Assembly (NCBI GenBank): GCA_013265495.1
Contig: MU057560.1
Span: 2,480,909-2,544,908 of the forward strand
DNA from: Vicugna vicugna
Taxonomy: Eukaryota
Direction: 5' to 3'
DNA length: 64,000 nucleotides
Below, piece after piece: positions 59,970 to 64,000 of this stretch; the first letter of the stretch is position 1, and every line of letters begins with the position of its first letter. The position numbers and the translations under genes were made by a program. The notes under the pieces were generated by a model. It was not told where the DNA came from and did no database searches. It saw nothing but the letters and a program-made list of their open reading frames with translations.

Positions 59970-60138
59970 TGCTCTGGGCTGAACTGTGTTCCCCTGCAAG
60001 GAATGTTGAAGTCCCAACCCCCAGTGCCTGTGAATGTGACCTTATTTGGAAATAGGGTCATTGCAGGCGTGATCCAGTTAAGCTGAGGTCATTTGGATGG
60101 CCCTAAGTTCAATGACTGGTGTCCTCGTAAGGGGCCCA

Positions 60139-60183
<45 letters not shown>

Positions 60184-60415
60184 CCATGTGAGGACAAGGC
60201 AGAGGATGGAGAGATGCAGCTGTGGCCATGGGACGCCAAGGGCTGCCGCCCTTAGCCTGCCTGGCAAGACGCAGGAACAGAGCCTCCCTTGGAAGGAACC
60301 GAGCCCACAGAGACCTTGATCTAGGGCTTCTGGCCTCCAGCGCCGAGGAAGAGCGCGTGTCTGTTGCGTGAGGCCACTGCAGTGCTTTGTCGTGGCCCCC
60401 CTAGGAAGCCAAGGA
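59970..60415 (+). mobile_element. MaLR solo LTR (MLT1C-like)
   Basis: gggctgaactgtgttcccc...atgttgaagtcccaacccccagtgcctgtgaatgtgaccttatttggaaatagggtcattgcag...accttgatctagggcttctggcctccag...ccctaggaagc. Confidence 0.9.
60141..60174. repeat. (CA)17 microsatellite inside the MLT1C-like LTR
   Basis: Perfect CA run read directly. Confidence 0.97.
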
Positions 60416-63217
60416 TGACCTGTAATCCATGCCTACGTTAGCTAACAGCACTCTTATTTCTTGAGAATTGTCTCACAAACTTTTTCTTTGCTCAGACTCA
60501 TGAATAACGGATACACTGTGGCTACAACGAAGTGTTCAGTCCTCATGTGGCCAAGAGCCTAAGGTCGCCTCCGCCGTGGCCCAGGGCCCGGAACAGCCTC
60601 CTCGTTAGGACTCAGCTGTGGTGCCTGTTTCGATGGTGTCCGTCATACCAAGGGTTTACTCACAACAGGAGTGATGGGAGTCTGCGCTTTCTCTCGTGGC
60701 TAGGTATCTGAAAGGAAGGGTGGGGCTGTGGGAGTGGGCCCCCGGCTCACCCTCGCAGCCCCCGGCGCGCTCCTGACGCGGTGCTGCTTGCTGGTTTTCC
60801 GCGTGTAACTGGGTTGCTTCCACTGGTTTTCCTCTCCCTCACTAGGGACGTTCTCTTCTCGTTTTGAAGGTTGGTGGTCACACGCCATCACTGCCTCGTC
60901 TAGTGACATCGTCCATTCTCCATAGGACACGTTCTCCAGAGCTCGCTGCCCATGAGCATGGATGTAATTCATTCCTTAAGCTATTTAGCAGATACTTATC
61001 GAGCATCTATCAAGACCCTGGAAGGTTGTTCAGCACTGGAGAGAATGTCAAGACGTCTCAATGACCCTGAGACAGTGCACTGTGGCTGGAATGGAACAGC
61101 TACACAGCACATAGGTAGAGAATTTTTGAACAAATCTAGAATTTTCTGTGGATCTTCAGCTCTTGTTGGTGCTATTCAGTTTATAACACGTTTCCTTCCT
61201 TGAAAAGGAATTTCCATCCCCTCCGGGAATGGGCACCGCACAGAGCTCGAAGCACCGTCAGCTGAAGGTCACAATTCGGAGTGCGGCACAGGGGACTTCT
61301 GTGTCCCCACGGTGCTGCTGCGGCAGCAGGCGGACTGTCGCACTTACAGGGTTGTACGTGGTTTTGCAACCAGGCTTAGCCTGAAATTGTTGAATCACAG
61401 TGAGACTCAGAGATCTGAGAACTCAGGGACGGACATTTACAAAACAGAGTTTGCAGAACGGGCAGAGAAGTGCTTGTTCTCACCGTAAAAGTCAAGAAGT
61501 TTCGTAACTACATCTGTGCTCCCCAGTCATGCTTTCCTGTGTGTGCTGGTCACAGCCCTATCGGCAACTTTTTCTAAAGTTAACACCCTACCCTCCTTTG
61601 TCATCAGTAACGCAGTCCACACGGTGGCCAACAGAGGACATTTTGATTGGCAGAACTTTCCAAACCTCCTTTCCGCATAGATCGAAATCTCAATTAAACA
61701 TACAGGCTCCAGAGCTGAAATGTAGATTAAACGATGTCACGTGGGCTATTCTGCACCGTGACTGTCTGAATAATTCACACTGCCCACAAGTCACCTGAAT
61801 TTAAATGCTCTTATGGGGAACCACGTTATTTCAGAAGGTAAGTGTGTTACCTTGCTCACGGTGCACTCCAGCACACCAAGAACTATCGGTCTGGAAACAT
61901 TAATGCAAGTTATACCTGAAACGTGTTTCCTCATATTTAACATGTTGGACTGATCAAGTTACTCAATTCCGTCCAACAAAGATAAATCCTTTCCCATGGA
62001 TAATCCAGAAAGCCTTTTGCTGTTGTAGTAAGTGTTCAGGAGAAAGCGCATCCTGCGTCTGAGCTACGCTGCCCGCGCTGTGGGCCCAGGGCTCCTCCAC
62101 ACATCCCACGCACCCGAGCGTGCCTTCCGCCGGCTCCCCCGCCTCACGTGGTCCCAATCCCTCCACACCCTTGTTCTGTCCGCGTTGTCTTCCACCCCAG
62201 CACACGTGCTGGCACACTCGTGTTCCCCTCGGGCGCTCTCAGCGCCTTTCGGTGAGGACTCCGTCCAATGGCACAGGTGGCTGTAGCATCTCTGATGACC
62301 TCTGACAGACGAGAGGAGCCCATGTGCAGTTTCTCAGCAAACTAATGAGTCCACGAACGCACTGTGCAGAGTCCCGGAATTGTGCAGCAGTGATGGTGCG
62401 ACAGTTAACATCATGTGAGTCTTTGGAAGTGTGTAGACTAATCCATCAGGATCATCTTCCGTGTGCCAGGCACGTGACTGACTCGCCAACAAACACATCT
62501 AACAATTTTCCGTGTCTGAGCTCAGGAAATGTCTGGGAGGAAACGGTCCTCCCCGCCACCGTGCTGTTCCTCCGTTTGCACGTGAAGGTCAGGAGGCGGA
62601 CTTCCGATGGTGCTCTGAGGCTTGTGGAGGCAGCGCCCAGGCCTGGATGCTTCAGTCTACCCTCTTGTGCTCAACCACAGAAACTAATCTTCAGTTTTAA
62701 TTAACGTGTGACGTATTCTACACCCTCGAAGTCACCTCTACCTAGAATCAGATGAGGACCGAATTATTTGCTCAGTGTTTCTGTTTCCACTGTTTCTCTT
62801 CAACTGTTTTTTGCCCCAGGAGTGAGACCTCACGGAGCTGGTCTTGGGCATCCTGCCTGGACAGCTGGGCTCCTCTGTCATCCCCGACCAGACGGCAGTG
62901 CCGCGGCCCTGGGGCTGCTGAGCTGGTGCACCTCAGAGGCTTTCTTTGAGGCGGCTTGACGATGCCAGAACACCAGGAACATAGCTTCGGGAGCTTTTCA
63001 TAGTTCTCTGACACTGGACTTTCTGCAGGACAGCCCAAGCACCGCCAGAACAGTAAAATAAAATAAGAAAATGTTTCTTCCTTTGGCTCCCAGGAACTGA
63101 TGAAGAGGAATATTCCTGTAATTGTTCACTTAGTAGCAAATCTGGAGGAAGCTTCTCCCCAGAGAATCCTCTTCTGTGGTTAAAAGTGGCCTTTGCCAGG
63201 CGGGAAGGCTGCAGCAC

Positions 63218-63283
63218 GGGGGGGGGGGGGGGGGGGGGGCGGGGGGGCCTGTGCTGGGGGGAGAAAGGGGGGGGGGGGCGGGC
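63218..63283. repeat. Poly-G / G-run cluster
   Basis: G22 at 63218-63239 followed by G7, G5 and another long G run. Confidence 0.9.
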
Positions 63284-64000
63284 GCAGGAGGGCCTGTGTT
63301 CAGGTGACTAAAGGTGGAGTTGGCTCCAGGTAGGTGCTCAATAATAAAACGTGTCAAACGCAGCCCTGGGCTTTCTTTCTGATTTTACTGACACCACAAC
63401 TCTCCCAGCAAATCATCTTGTCTAGAAAGGTTGAATCAGTGTGCCTTGGTGGTCCCTGAGCCAGACCAGACCAGAGCTGATATTTCATTCTCTCCCTGTC
63501 CTGAGAGGTAATAACGCTACCTGGGATGCTGAGGGAAATACTGGTTTTTGAAGTTTCAGGAAATTGGACATTTAAAACATCAGGACCACGACACCTGGCA
63601 CAGGCTCCTCGTCATTTCTCCTGTGCGTGTTCTCTCACGGTCACAGCCAAGATAAAAAGCTGTTTCATTTCATGTCTTCAATACGTGCAAGATGTTACCC
63701 TATAACATGCTAATCTTCTTTGGGATGACCACAAGGCTTAATATTTTTTAAATAATGGGAATTAGGACTTTGCTAAGCCTGGTAAGAATTCAGAAGTGAT
63801 TGGATTTGTTGCTGACATTAATTTATTCTATTGACTCATCAGATCATCGGAGGGCGAGTTCCCAGCGTGCCAGAAGCAACCTGTCAACACGTGTCCGTCC
63901 CGATGTGCGCCGTGTGCGGAGTCAGGGCGCTGGGCCTGGGGGCACGGAGCGTCTCCTCCCAGTGGGGGTCACGGGAAGAGATAAGGCGTAACCTTAAATG

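Overview
This is mammalian nuclear DNA, GC- and CpG-rich and mostly non-coding. It is very probably camelid (alpaca/llama/camel), judged from two vic-1-like tRNA-derived SINEs and a camelid-type L1 tail. I recognise no intact protein-coding gene; the long ORFs look like GC-rich, low-complexity or transposon-derived frames. The clearest functional landmark is a CpG-island promoter at about 6.0-6.55 kb with three tandem ZNF143/THAP11-type motifs. Splice signals suggest a multi-exon, apparently non-coding (5'UTR or lncRNA) transcript running leftward from it, and possibly a divergent transcript running rightward. The rest resembles a gene desert: decayed interspersed repeats (L1, L2, MIR, MaLR and ERV1 LTRs, hAT DNA transposons), several AT-rich enhancer-like blocks with homeodomain motifs, three perfect nuclear-receptor direct repeats, a 115-bp higher-order repeat within a (CCAT)n tract, and a 19-bp minisatellite with 59 identical palindrome-bearing copies. 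I found no convincing novel multi-gene system. Repeat family names come from remembered consensus sequences, not a database search, and old-repeat boundaries are approximate.
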